A DNA stretch of 64,000 bases from Podarcis erhardii (GCA_964252035.1 OZ176207.1), one strand, 5' to 3'; shown: positions 25,131 to 38,661, counted from the first letter of the stretch. Translations and numbers: made by a program. The notes: generated from the letters alone by a model not told the origin.

Positions 25131-27125
25131 TTTCCAGCAATCAGCAATAGCCTTGGATTGGATTATATTTCATCTATGATGTTCTAGATGGCATGGAAGA
25201 GCTGTTCCAGTTTTTCCTGAACATATCTAGCAACAAGTGGTAATGCAACCCATTGTCATCCCTGTATATGCAGGAGTAGTTGGCATATTTGGTCTGCATT
25301 GATAACACAACACCCAGCCATGGTTGCACGTCCTGGATTGGATGTAATAGCCAACCAGAGCTTGGTGAACATCATATTGTTTTTTGACCACTGGCCCTTC
25401 TGTGTGGACCTCTGTGTTCCCACTGTCCTACATCTGAAGTAATATCTAATAAGATCCTGAAGTTGAAATGACATTGAGATGGGTAATGGAATTACAGACT
25501 GTGAAAATGCATTAATTCTACTGCTAATAATAATACTTTTTAGAAATGGAAATAATTGCCTGCAATTAGGAAACTAATAATCTTCTTCTGGAACAATAAC
25601 TGACCAATTAAAGTCAACCCATTGATCTCATGGCTACAGCATGTGAACCACGTAATTAATTAGCTAACTTAAAATAAAGGTGAATGAATGAAGTGACAGT
25701 AATTAATTAAAGGGACAGTAATACTGAAATCCTCAATCCTTGGTTTTTTTTAAGCATTGAAATTTGCACCCCACCCATCAATCCAGTTATAAATTATGAA
25801 ATCCAGTTATGAAGGTGACTAAGTTTTGCCCACACACTCTGTACAGGACAGGCTGTCACTGCAAGTGCTTTTCAAGATGAAAAAAGGGCCACAAATCTGA
25901 TCTGAAAAAAGGGAGGACAACATGGTAGACACTGGGATGCAACAGTTGGTCAGTGATGTTATCTGGACTCTCTGTAAACAATGTGTAAACAAAGGATGTT
26001 AATTCTAGACTAAATTGCTAGTATGGAAACAACATATATGCAATAGTGACGATTGTTTAGTTTTCTGTTTGGCACATAGCTGAAGAAGAAAGATATAAAG
26101 CCATGACAAAAAAGTCATGTAACACCAGGATAAAGGAGTGCAAAAAGAAAATTGCAGGGCAGGGGAAGTTTTCACTGCTTTAATCTCACTGCTGTCCATG
26201 ACTATCACTATCACTTGATCATTAATTCTTTCTACCTCCTGTAAATTTTTTTTGAAAGGAATTATTCCAAGCAGATGAGTGTGTAACTTGCCTCTGTGAC
26301 ATGTTAAGACATTTTGCTGCAGGAGCAGAACACAAATGCTCCTCTCCCCAGGCTCAGGCCAACACTTTTAACAGGCTTGCTGCACCACTCAGTGCATCCA
26401 TTTCTTGCTTCCATCTATCCTCTGTTTTCATGCTGGCACCTGAAATGTCAAAAATGACAACATCTGTGGTTTGAAGACTTGGGAACAACAGTGAGAAAAA
26501 AGCAGCTGGAAGAATAAAGTACAGGAAGCTTATAGACTGGCATCTAGTCTACAGTCTGAAGTCCTATTGGAGTCCCCATGTGATTGGAATGGCATTACTG
26601 GAATACTGTTGGCCCTGCCCTCTCTTTTGTGCTCCAGGGCCCACTCAGCCATACATTGGACTGGCTGCACTTATAGAGGCTCCCCATGTTATTTAGAATA
26701 CTGTACAAGATCCCTGCTGCTGCTGATCCTTCAATGGTTAAGGAGTGACAGGGCTGGACACAGGTTTATGATGGATGGGAAAGGCCCCATTCTAACCACA
26801 TTAGGCGATGGGATGAATATCCAACTGGACTTAGGGGGCTTCTACATCTGTGAGCCTGATAGCCACAGGTTTGCAAATAGAAAGTATTTTTATTATTAAT
26901 GCTTTAAACTATTTAGGAAGATTTGATTGTTTAGCAATTTATATAAACAAATAAGCTTTTTTGCAACAAAAAAGTGACTAAATGTAGGAAGAAGCAGCAT
27001 GGGAACATTGACAATAAACAAATAAATAAAATCCATAAATTATGGAAAACTATCACCTGGTAAGTGTGATTAAGGGATAATTAAGAGAAATGGTTATTGT
27101 ATTGATGGGTACAAGCACTGAAGAG

Positions 27126-27800
27126 AGCTACACCGGCGGGAGGAGGGAATGACCGCTCCCCACTTAAAATGGGGGGGCGCCCTTTGCGTGGACGTGTGCA
27201 GCCCCTATATCTGGAGCGGCTCCAACAGCATAGGCTTGGCTTTGGCTTCCCTCAGGTGGGATACCTGGAGGTCTCCGCCTACCTCAGTCAGTTAAGGTCG
27301 CTGTTAAAGGGCCAGAAAGGAATTTCCCTGCATTGGCAGGTTTCGCCTTTCCCGTAGCAAAACATCACAACTTTGGCGGTATAAGGCCTTGGGCGGAATC
27401 CTTTAGTCCATCTTCCTCTTTGCGGCGGCGATACCAGGGTTCCCCGTTAAAGGGGTTTCTGAAGGGAGGCTTTGACCGTACGCCGAAAGGTCGTCATTGC
27501 TCTCCCCTGTAGCGGCGGCGGCGTAATGGGGGCGGCCTATCTCTGCTTGAACATATGTTCTCCAGAGCCGGCCCATCCCCCCCCCACACTGGATAACCCT
27601 GATGCTCCCTAGGTCCCCAACTGGGGACTGGGGAGGGAGAACGCCCAATGCCTGAGCCAAGGTCTACCCACATTTGAAATTTAATAAAGTTGTGGCCAAT
27701 TTAATCCCATTGCACGTTGTCTTGAGTCATTATTCCACATGACGGGGGGGGGGGACCGCTCGGGATCTGGGGACTCCGCCTGTCCACGCAAAGAATGTCA
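27126..27800 (+). mobile_element. GC/CpG-rich retroelement terminal fragment, probably DIRS-type (tyrosine-recombinase retrotransposon)
   Basis: Abrupt CpG-rich block; AATAAAGTTGTGGCC and GGAATTT...TTGGCAGGTTTCGCCTT motifs I associate with tetrapod DIRS ends; 12-bp inverted pair at 27182 and 27782. No coding domain is present. Confidence 0.45.
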
Positions 27801-28362
27801 AAGAATTTACCAAAGTAGGAAGACAGAGTTTCATCAGCAAAGAAAGGAGTGAGCTCTTCTCCGTTAGCACACATGAAAGGAAAAATCAAAAGGGAAACTA
27901 TTATCTGTAAACTATCACTTGCTAGATAGCCAGAGGATGTTAGAGAAGAAGAAGAAGAAAAGCATACGCAATACCTAGATCAAATATTTTAAGGAGCTTT
28001 TTATATTTTTGCTGAGCAGCAAGCACACAGCAGTGCTAACCTCCAATTATCAAAGATATTCCTAACCCAAGCAAAGTTTTAATGATGCAACTCTCCCTCC
28101 CTCCATGCACAGACACAGATGAACTAGTCTCAACTTTCTCTGTTATCAAGAGAAATGAACTGCCAGAGAAACCACGTTATTATTATTTTTCCATAGGGGA
28201 GACACAACTTCAGCTTGACATGTGCTGCGAAGGATCAAGCTATGTTTACTGAGTCCCACAAAGGACCAGGTATCTAAAGAAGGAGAGGTCGGTTGTTCAT
28301 CACACTCATCCCTATTACTGCAAGACCAGGATTGTTGCTGTTGTTACTTTCCAAGTTGATAT

Positions 28363-28610
28363 AGAAGAAGAGTTTGGATTTGATATCCCGCTTTATCACT
28401 ACCTGAAGGAGTCTCAAAGCGGCTAACATTCTCCTTTTCCCTTCCTCCCCCACAACAAACACTCTGTGAGGTGAATGGGGCTGAGAGACTTCAGAGAAGT
28501 GTGACTAGCCCAAGGTCACCCAGCAGCTGCATGTGGAGGAGCGGAGACATGAACCCGGTTCACCAGAATATGAGTCTACCGCTCTTAACCACTACACCAC
28601 ACTGGCTCTC
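28363..28610 (-). mobile_element. Young tRNA-derived SINE (Squam3-like, lacertid-type), full length
   Basis: High identity to the reverse complement of 58129-58430; A-box GTGGTGTAGTGGTT, B-box GGTTCA, tail CCAAACTCTTCTTCT. Confidence 0.9.
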
Positions 28611-28698
28611 ATGCCATGGGCTGTGCCTGCCTTAAAATCTGTCCAATTCTACTGAAGCTTACTGTGAGCATAAACTTTCTGAAGAATCCACTGCTCAT

Positions 28699-28880
28699 GG
28701 GGAAAGGGCAGCAGTTCAATGGCAGAGCATCTGGTTTGCAAACAAAAAGTCTCTGTTTCGGTCCACAACACCTCCAGGTAGGGCTGGGAGAAACACCAGT
28801 TTGAAATCCTGCCAGTCTGTGTAGACATTACTGACCTAGTTGGACTGATGGTCACACTCTGTATAAGTAGGCAGCTTCCA
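28699..28880 (+). mobile_element. tRNA-derived SINE with CR1-like tail (Squam2-like)
   Basis: GGCAGAGCATCTG...CCAGGTAGGGCTGGGA...CTGCCAGTC..TGTAGAC...GGCAGCTTCC; homologous to 19713-19897. Confidence 0.7.
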
Positions 28881-28939
28881 AGTGGCTGCTAGGCATGGAA
28901 AGCATCCGTTGGCTGGTGTAGATGGTGTGATTTGGTCAG

Positions 28940-29075
28940 GAATGGGGACCCTATGGCTCTCCAGATATTGTTGGGCCACAATCACCATCATCCCTGATCA
29001 TTGGCTGTGCTGGTTGGGCTGATGGAAGTTGGGTTCCAACAAGATCCGGAGCACTGCAGGAATACCCATCCCTGA
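28940..29075. mobile_element. hAT-type hairpin MITE, degraded
   Basis: CTCTCCAGATATTGTTGGGCCACAATCACCATCATCCC...GCTGATGGAAGTTG. Confidence 0.5.
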
Positions 29076-29689
29076 CTTAGGCTGTGTGTTCAACTAATCC
29101 TCCCTGTAGCTTTGACATCGCAGGAAGAACAAGAAACCAAAGGCTGAAAAGTACAGAAAATGAGATTTAGATTAAGCATTTTCAGTTTGAATTATATGGA
29201 GAAGGAATCCAGGGATATTGTAGAAATTCTTGACTTCATGGATTTCAAGCAGACATTAGAATGCTCACCTTGGGGTGCACCAGAAGGCATGATTTAGGTA
29301 AAAAATGAGGAACCCATGGCCCTCTATATGCTGTTGGACTCCAACTTCCATCAGCTGCAACTGCTATTAAATCAATGGCTCATCCACCTGCTGTCTCCTG
29401 ATTGGCCCACCGGGATGGTGAGGGTAGATTCTGCTGCTTCTTTCTTCTCAACAGTCTTGAGGGCTGTTCAAGTGATGATTTGGAAGAAGTGTCAGACTCT
29501 ATGGATGTTACCTTTACTCTCTTCAACTTGGGTAGGTGCTGGTTCTGTATACACCCACATTACAGTTCTGTTCATCTCAGCATTCTAGAACATTCATTGA
29601 GCAGCTTTGCAATGATGGCATGAGTAGGAGTTGAAGCTGGCAAAACCAAGACTTTGCTCTGCAGAAACCCAACTCTGCACTGCATGTAT

Positions 29690-30035
29690 TCAACACACAT
29701 TTTCTACCTCCCCATTTGCCCTTCAAGGTGGCACAGCATATGACAAGGAGGTGACCATTTTCTCCCATTGTTCTTACACTTTGGAATGCCCTTCCCTCTG
29801 CTGTATGGAAAGTATCATCTATCAATGGCTTCAGACATCTTGTGAAGACACATCTTTTGATCCAGGCTTCCTGGCCCATGAGTTTGGATGGTGAATTCCC
29901 CCTTTTAAGCTCTTTATATAATGTTGTTGTTACAATGCCATTCTATTGTTTTAATATTATTTTTGTGCACATCTTAAATTTTTTAAAAATATATTAAGCC
30001 ATTTAGAAATGTTTTTAAATAAATAAGTAAATAAA
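29690..30035 (+). mobile_element. Old L2 3' fragment
   Basis: TGGAATGCCCTTCC...TGAAGACACATCTTTT...CCAGGCTT followed by an AT-rich tail. Confidence 0.55.
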
Positions 30036-30098
30036 AGAACCAGAAAAAGAAATGTAAGCTATACCCAAATGCAATTGCTATACTTGAATCATGACTAT

Positions 30099-30204
30099 GG
30101 GTTGTATCTAAGTTTTACTTAGAGTAGACCCCTGAAATGAATGAACCTAACTTAGTCACATTTATTAATTTCTTCTGAGTAGGACTAACATTGAACACCA
30201 ACCC
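30099..30204. mobile_element. Short palindromic MITE (PIF/Harbinger-like)
   Basis: GGGTTGTAT...ACCAACCC termini; internal TACTTAGAGTAG / CTGAGTAG. Related fragments lie at about 8215-8310, 24260-24400, 31210-31270 and 38270-38400. Confidence 0.45.
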
Positions 30205-33200
30205 ATGTGTTTTCACTGTTGTGCTTTTGTGATAGGATCAACAGACATCATTTATCTGGGATCAAATTGAGCTAAGTCCAGAGAAGGAGAAAGTCTAATT
30301 CAGAAAATTTGGAACGACTCCTTTTCCTCTCTATCTGTACATTAATATACACCCTGGGATGTGCCTAATTAAAACAATGATTATCAGCCTATTAATCTGG
30401 ATTTGTGACTGTTTCCCTGCCCCACTGTTTTCATTCCCTTAATGTAACCCTTGCATCGGCATCTTGGCTAGGGTTATAGTTTTGCATTTTGTTTTGTAGG
30501 CACTTATTAATGTGGGTGACACATTGTAGACTTCTGCATTTATCATGGAAAGGTGATAATAAGTTGTAGTGAAAATGAAGAGCAAACTGATGTGATGGGT
30601 ATCATGCAAATTAAAAGCAAAGTCCCGAGGGAAGTAGAGAGAACAACAAAGACTAGCAGAAGGAAAGAGCTGGCTGAGGAAGTAATATGAAACCAATATA
30701 GAGAAAATAATCTAAGCCAGCTTTATATAAGTACCATTGAAAGATGGGTTGAATGATAGCTCTTTTCAGCGTGGAGAAAGAAAGAATCCAGAAATGCATG
30801 CAGGGACAATTATCTTTGCCTAAGCAGTGACATTTGGACAATTTTCATATCTTGAAAGTTGTTTATGCATTGATTTATAGTGTTGCATTGTGCAAAGTGG
30901 CATAACTACTCTGGTAGATTACAATGAAAGCTGCATTTTACCAGAGGTGAGCTGAAAGTTATTTGCAGAACCTTTTCCACACAAAATAAGGGAAACAGGG
31001 GAGGGGTGAAAAGTTTCATGATATTGAACCTTTTTGAACCAACCGCAGCCAGGGCCAAGATGCTGTGTGGCATCATAAGGCCTTCAAAGTGGGTGCATGA
31101 CAAGGAGCAATGCTCTCTTGGGCCTCCCTCCCACATGTTGTGATAGGGAAATTAATTTGCATAGTAGAGAAAAGTACCTACCATGAACAGGGAGCTCAGC
31201 TACCAGCACTAGAAAGCTCAACCCTGTTAGAGTAGCCTCCTAGGTAAGTGTGTATAGGATTGCAGCCCCAATCATGAGAAAGATTGTAGTGGGAATTTAG
31301 AGTCAGCATGTCACGACTCCACATTCGTTGTAGGCAGATCCACACCATACTTTTGAAGTACATCCAATCTATGTTTAAAGGTCATAATTATGGGAACTGT
31401 ACTACCCCCTCCCCTCACAGAGCACCAGTTCCCATTACCCTTAACAAACAACTGTTCTCAAGCTTCTTTGGGGGAAGTCATGTGCTTTAAGTGCATAGGT
31501 GAATCTGCCCAAAGATTTTTAAGCTGTGTGCTGAAACAGTGCAGGAAATATAACACAGAATCAAATATGGAACTGTAATTCTGCTCCTAGTGACATGAGG
31601 AGTACTGCATCTTCCATCCCCCATCCCACCCCTGTCAGAAAACATTGCCAAAAATAAGCTTGGAAATTGCTGAGAGAAGTCAAAGAAGATTTGTCTGAGA
31701 GTAGGACATATACCTATCTCCCGCCTGCTATTACGGAAGCTGCCATTCCAATGAGAAAGTGACTCTTTGCCTGTTAGCCTGAGAATGTAGCTCCTTGTCA
31801 TGTTAGACAATGTGGAGCCCTCGTCAGAGTTCAGCTGCACAACTGGGATCAGTGCCCCAAGGACTCGGTACAGAGACACGTAGATTTCTAGGAGTGACAA
31901 GCCTTTGCTAACAAGCCTCTGGACACTTGAGATGTTTGGTCATCAGCCTTCTATGCTAGCACTGAATACTGAAACAAAAGCTCCCAGGAACCTCTAAAGA
32001 CTTAAATGGAACAAGTGAGAGCCATGTTTAGACACTAGAATGTTGTGGAGTTTCTGCTGCATTTCAAGTTTTAATGTTGGCTTTTCATTTTATTGTTGTA
32101 TTTATCAGGCATTGTATTCCACCTGGGGTCTCATCGGATGAAGAATGGGTAGAAATAAAACTTTAAAGATGCATAAGTAAATAAGTAGAACATCTCAGGT
32201 GAAACAACTCTGACCTACTCAATCACCTGGTATCAGAAAAGGTAAAGATTGTATGTATCGCAAAGCCAGGAATCTTGCTTAGTTTTCTTGCAGTGTGCGA
32301 GAGAAGCAGTGAAAGGACTACTTAGCACAACCATTAACTATGGTTTACCATGATGAGTGAACTGGGTCAATGTATGCATGCGAAGACATAGTCAGAATCA
32401 TCACGAGACGTCCATGAACTGCAGTGTTCTCAAATCTTCATCAAGATTCTAGTCGGAAGCCAGCATACAAATCATTCTTCCTAAAAAGCACATGGGGACG
32501 TGGAAGTGGAGAGGCTTTGGAAATAGATCAAATTTTGCACTTTGCTCATCAGGTTTTAGTCATATTTGTGTAGATTTATAGGAACTAAAACACCTTGGAA
32601 ACAGAACCAATCGAAATTAAGCACTTTTAAAAGCCCACTGATTTCAGCGAGAGAGGTTTAAGATTTTGGATTGTGCCCTTATCTGTGCTGGTCAATTACA
32701 TGTAGTTTCTGCTACTGTGCTGAATATGACTGTACATTTCCATTTTCCCAAAGAATGTATCTAGTATGTGTGTGGTTTGGATTGCCTTCTTTACAAACAG
32801 GAACTTTTTGTAAAAGAATGCATCCTTGAATTTCCTGCCTTTTGGCAGTGAAGAGGTTACCACAATTGAGGCAGTGATTAAATTGATGAGCAACTCATAG
32901 CATAGAATTATTCAACAGATACCAGAAATACCAGGTTGTTTGCATCACAAATATCTTACCTTAAGGGCAGAAGATATGTTTTAACTAGATTGTCAACAGG
33001 GGAGAGTGTGACTGTATATTAACATGTGAATCATTTTAATACAGCTGTGCTACCATAAAATGCAAATGAAAGCGAAAGGTTACAGCTTGCAAAATTAATA
33101 GTAAAAATATGTTTTGTGGAAGAATACATATTGTGCTCAGATCTCAACTGAATGTTTTCTTTTACATAGGGCTGGACACATTTTCTGTGTTTACCCCAAT

Positions 33201-34457
33201 TTCAAAGCATCTCAGCATATTTCTTACAAATGTTACTTTCCTTTTCCTCAGGTGAGCAGCTCTGAAAAAGTAATTCTGCAACTTTGCAGAATACTTGAGT
33301 TTGGACTCTACCGGATCGGTTGGGGGGGGTGGTATGCCAAGGGCACCTGTTGGCAAGTGCCTGTGAAGTCAACAACTACTCCCAATCCTTGGGAAAGTAC
33401 CAAGAAATAAAATGCAGCACAGAAGTACAAAGGAATAAATGTGTATGAGCCACTTTAAAAGAAAAGATAGTCACTTGTGGCATGAAAGGCCACAAGTCTG
33501 AGAGTCTTTCTGGTCTGTCATATAAATTTGTGATTTACATCATAGTTGGGATTGCTCTTTGAATTCTATATATTTCATCTGGGCGTGCCTTTAACAATCC
33601 ACTTTTTTAACACTAGCGCTTTATTATAAAATTGTCTTCCCAAGAAATTTCCTGTATAGGTTTTGACCCAGCTGAACTGTGTTTAACTTTTACAACAGAA
33701 CTTCACTGTGTATCCTTAAACCCTTTTTGAGCCTGTTTTGCCTCTGGGTGTCAGCAATAAAATTCATTTACTCACATTTTATGGAGTAAAACAGAAAAGA
33801 AAACCAATAGCTTTCTACAGAATCATGACAATTTTTGAAAAAGTAGGGTCACCTCCTGTGGGTGCTGGTGGGAAACATGCAATTGCTCATTTGCATTTAA
33901 GTCCAATTCACACACTGCTTTAAAATTTCACACTGACTGGGGCTGGAAGCTTGTTTTTAAAGCCAACCTGTAGGCAAGCCCAACACATAGCCATAAATCA
34001 TTCTGAACTCTATTTTGTTCTTCTCAATGAAGCTCTTTCTATAAGTGGACCAGCAGAAGGAACCCGACCGAGCACATGCTGTGCATGCAAAACATCCCAC
34101 ATCAACCCCAAGCATATCCAGGTAGAGATGGGCTGGGAAAGCCTCTTGTGAACAGCTGCTACTAAGTCATGACTATATTTGGAATATATTTTATGAATGT
34201 ATTGCCTGTCATTTCTGTATTACAGTAAATATAAGCAGACCACAACGTTAGGTAGACCAGTGTCCTGACTGTGGCTTGAATTCAATTGAGAATTTGTCTA
34301 ATCCTCTTTTGAAGTTGGTGGCCTTTAAATCACCTGGGCTTAGTCCCTTTGCCCCAAGTCAGTTGAAGTGGTAGTTGCAGAAACAGTGTTAGAAATTTGA
34401 AAAGCAGATGAAGAGGCTCAAGATCCCAGGAAAGCAATTAACTCTCTGTTGTTGTTA

Positions 34458-34699
34458 CAGTGGTACCTCAGGTTAAGAACTTAATTCGTTCTGGAGGTCC
34501 GTTCTTAACCTGAAATTGTTCTTAACCTGAAGCACCACTTTAGCTAATGGGGCCTCCCGCTGCCGCCGCGCCGCCAGAGCCCGATTTCTGTTCCAATCCT
34601 GAAGCAAAGTTCTTAACCTGAAGCACTATTTCTGGGTTAGCGGAGTCTGTAACCTGAAGCGTATGTAACCTGAAGCGTATGTAACCCGAGGTACCACTG
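34458..34699 (+). mobile_element. Tc1/mariner (Tigger-like) MITE
   Basis: TIRs CAGTGGTACCTC / GAGGTACCACTG, TA TSD, and multiple subterminal (T/G)TAACCTGAAGC repeats. Confidence 0.92.
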
Positions 34700-35592
34700 T
34701 ACTCACTTTAATCAATGGTCTCAGCCTCACCACCAGTGACCCACAACTCACACACTCCTTGCCAAGGGTCTTCTCCATATGCAAAATAATACCCATACTA
34801 CTTGGATGAAGGAAGAGGGGCCACTGACCACCTGCTGCACCTCTGGACTCTCCTTCCAGCCAAGTTTCTGTTACTTCACGGTAATAAGCACCATACTTCA
34901 TCTTAATATATGCCTGATAGCTCAGTCCCAACTCACTCAGTCACAGGAGTTTCTGGTTTCCTCACCCCTAGAAAACTTAGTTGGACTGGATCATGTTTGC
35001 ATTCGTGCTTTTATTTATTTCTATTACAGTATTTACAATATTTATATATCACCCTATATTATCAAATGGGGGAGGGGTTATAGTCAAAGACCAATAAATT
35101 AAAATAATAAACACAACAATCCACAGTAGAAAACTAGGTCAGATATCACTCAGCAAATGCTTGGCTTAATGAATTACATCTTCAACAGATGCCAAAATAC
35201 AACTAAGGGTTGTGTTTGTTGTTCTTCAATGGACTTTGGCATTCATGCTTTTTAAAGGAAGCAGTCTCAGCACTACTGAAAATGATCCAGTGATCATCTC
35301 TGGCCCTTGATTATTCTGTCTGTTCACTATAAGCTCTCAAGATTTAGCTGTTTATAAGTGGAATCTAAATAAGTACAAGGGCATTTAGCAAATAGAATAT
35401 CAAGCTTCTATTGTGTTCTGTGACTTTAATTTGATTGAGAAATCTTAAGAAGACAAGATGATTATCATGCCTTGTGGACTATTCCTTATCATAGCGAAAA
35501 ATAAAAATACTTTTTATTATTATTTTGAAACAAGAAGGGGTTGTGCATACTAAATTCTACTAATAGTTAAAGTATTCTAAATGCCCCCAATA

Positions 35593-35598
<6 letters not shown>

Positions 35599-35646
<48 letters not shown>

Positions 35647-35658
35647 ATATATATATAT
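35599..35658. repeat. Compound microsatellite (CT)17(GT)7(AT)6
   Basis: Directly visible. Confidence 0.95.
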
Positions 35659-36429
35659 GTGTATGTATGTATATGTGTGTACAGGAGCATTTGCAGCTGT
35701 TTGTAGGTTCTCATTTTTGCATTTCAACCTGTATGCTTTATTAAAGGGTGCTAACATGTCAGTAGCTTAAGTTACTTAGCAAAAGGGAAAAAGGAAAGCC
35801 CAGAGTCACGTTCTCCTGGACCCAAATTCCCAGCTGTCCTCTTTTCTGACAGAAAGTCTTAGGGCACAGAGTGCAAATGACTCGGTAAGCGTTTTTTAGG
35901 GTAAATGTGAAAACTCTCCCAGACTGCTAAGGGGAAATTTCTCAGGAATATTTCACAGTGTCAATCTCTACATATATCAGGCCGAGCCCAGCAACAACAA
36001 AAATGACACAGCTGCTCTATTACTTCTCTTTTTGTGGACAGAACACTGACAGTATTTCTTCTGGTGACAGCATTTATTCCTGATGGCAAAGCAATCATCA
36101 CCTTGTAGTCTATTGATCTATCTATAGCACAATTGTAAGGCCATCACCAGCTGTGATGTGCTAAGGGGTTTCTATCCCATAGCCTCGGAAAGGACTTAAC
36201 GTTTCTCTTTTGTACTCACATATTTTTCTGTATTCCCCATTTTTGCTGCTTTCTTTCATAGTCTGTGCATCGTTTAGAGTAAAGGAAGAAGGTTATCCTG
36301 TTGCCAACTGGTAATCTAGATTTACAGGCCAGTTCTATATGTGTTTTCCCCCCATTTGGCTGAATATGGCATATTTCCACAGAAGTACGCACAGAAAGAA
36401 AAGACTGTTAATGGCTACTAGCTAGAATG

Positions 36430-36600
36430 GCTATGCTTTTTCTACCTCCAAAGTCAGGCAAGGGAGGTATGCTTCTGTATACCAGTTGCTAAGAGTCCTC
36501 AGTGGAGAGAGCGTTCTTGCACCCAGGGCTTCCTATAGGTATCTGGTTGGCCACGGTGTCTTTAGCCTGATACAGCAGAGCTCTTCTTATGCTCTCAGGT
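36430..36600 (-). mobile_element. CR1-type 3' end fragment
   Basis: ATCTGGTTGGCCAC...CCTGATACAGCAGAGCTCTTCTTATG, the reverse complement of CATAAGAAGAGC.CTG..GGATCAGG. Confidence 0.6.
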
Positions 36601-36619
36601 TTGCTCTTTTAAACACATT

Positions 36620-36790
36620 AAAAATGGTGTTCACAATGAAATGCTGAATAATTTTTATAGAACTTTTCTTTGTTTTTTTAAAAAAACAAAACACAAATTG
36701 CTGCAGAAATGCAGACAGTTAAATTTAAGATCAGAAAAAAGAGAAATTGAGAGGAAACTGAAATTGACAGATTATTTGTCCATCCGCTTC
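36620..36790 (+). mobile_element. Unclassified interspersed repeat family, copy 3 of 4
   Basis: AAATTGCTGCAGAAATG...GAAACTGAAATTGACAGAT...CATCC. Confidence 0.65.
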
Positions 36791-37424
36791 TGTTGCCTGC
36801 ATGTTTTTTTCTTTAAAAAAACAATTGAATATAGTTCAGAATTTAGCCATGCCTAACAGATGCTTCAGATACTACATTTTAAAGTATACGCTAGGGCTCT
36901 ACATAGAGGGCTCCCTGCCGACCAGCACTGCGACCTCAATCCAGGCTTCTGTGCTGACCTTGGGACCTCTCACCAGTGATCTGTTCCCAGGTCAATTCAG
37001 ATGGTGTGCTCGAGCTTAAGTAGGGTTTTAAAAACTTCAATGAAACATCCAGTTTGGGGCAGGGGCAGGGGGTGGGGGAGAGGGAGACGCTGTGTCTCCT
37101 TCCTGGCTCTCCTGACCAGGAGCAAGAGGACTTTATTCTGTGCTGTGCTGCTACTTTGTGAGGCCTTTCAAGGAGCAGCAATATGCACCCCACGGGGTCA
37201 AAATCTTTGCTTTGTGTGATGCTGTTTCAGGGGTCTGGGAATTGGGCACGAAGAAGGAGAAGAAGGAAAGTTTGGGCAGGAAAGCCTGTAACCCACATCC
37301 AAAGTATCTACCCCGCCCCCCTTCTTTTGGGAAGAAGCAGCTTCTTGGGTAGGTTCCTCCTACTCTTTTTTCATGATTTCATCTTCTCCTCCCTTGTCCC
37401 CTGCCTCTCCTTCCTCCTCACACC

Positions 37425-37664
37425 CAGGGCCGTCTTACCCATAGGTGCTAGGGGTGCGCCGGGCTCTCAGGGGCACCAAGCCAAGAGTCCAGGACCCGAG
37501 TGTTGAGTCTGGGGAAGACCCCTCCTGTTGGTTGGAGTGCTGCGGTTGGAGTGCTGCTCCTGTTGGTTGGAGTGGCTGGCTCCGTCCTCCTGCACACCTG
37601 GGGCTGGGCAACCTGGGGGGGGGATCTTTGCACCCTGGCATCGCATATGCTTAAGACAGCCTTG
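37425..37664. mobile_element. hAT MITE with 8-bp TSD
   Basis: TIRs CAGGGCCGTCTTA / TAAGACAGCCTTG; flanks CTCACACC (37417-37424) and CTGACACC (37665-37672) match 7/8; internal GGTTGGAGTG x3. Confidence 0.85.
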
Positions 37665-38661
37665 CTGACACCACATCCCCTGACAGGCCCAGATCACTCT
37701 GACCCAGTCAACCCAATTCAATCCAATTTGAGCTATGCCTAGAATCCCACTCACCTACCTAATCAACCCAATTTGTTTAATTTCTCAGCTAAAGTATGCA
37801 TCTAATTTCTCAGCCCTAGTATGCATCTAAAACCATTCATGTTTACATCTAAGAACTTAATATGTATATGCAACAGCTACATATTTTCATCTGCATATAT
37901 CATTGGAATATAGCAGGGAGCTATATCCACCATGTTTCCGATGATGTATTACACATACCTACATCTGCTGCCACTTATAGCACCCATTGGCACAAATTGC
38001 TCATCAGCACTAAGCTGTCCCACTCCACTGATTTCCATGGGACTTAGGGCTGCTTCAGAGATGCATGGAGAAAACAGAGATGCACACCTGAAACAGAGCA
38101 TCTGGCCAACTGAGACTTAAATGTACATATCTTATTTGGCAATGCACGTACACATTTTTTCCTAAAATACACACATTTGTCTCCCTTACACATCATACCT
38201 TGGAGTGCGTACAGGATGAAATGTAATTGATCCAGAGCCAATTAGTTGCAGTGAGTTCCAGCTGAAACCAATGGAACCTAAGCTATTCATCATGCCTAAT
38301 ATTTCACATTGATTTCAATGGGTCCCTAGTGCAATCGAGTTGCACAATCCTAACCATGTCTACTCAGCCCTGTTGAATTCAATGGGGCTCACTTCCAGGT
38401 TGGTGGGGTTTGGGGTACATATTTCCACAAAGACACACACACCTGAATTGAGGTCCAATGGAGGACGGGTTTAGTTAACAAGCTTTTCGGGTTGTTGTTT
38501 TTTATAAGGAGATAATGAGAAAGAAGAAAATATTTTCTGATTTGGCAACTTGGTGCCTCTGAGACTATAAAAGGACATGGGTTCATTACCAATTCAGAAG
38601 AAAGAGACTGCCTGCTGGAAGCACCTGTACCAATTTCAGGAGTAACAGGATTTTATTAAAT

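Noticed and set aside
27455-27500. Hammerhead ribozyme in the DIRS-like fragment (CTGAAGG...CCGAAAGGTC)
   Set aside because: The core deviates from CUGANGA and I could not build stems I and III.
32198-32240. Ig-like mini-exon (ETTLTYSITWYQK)
   Set aside because: The acceptor lacks a pyrimidine tract, and the segment is too short to be a domain exon.
36220-36404. Minus-strand 62-codon open stretch ending at GTGAGT, and overlapping + strand candidate CASFRVKEEGYPVANW
   Set aside because: Several mutually exclusive acceptors exist on both strands, and I recognise no peptide.
37435-37754. Five overlapping ORFs
   Set aside because: They lie over a GC-rich hAT MITE with TIRs and a TSD.
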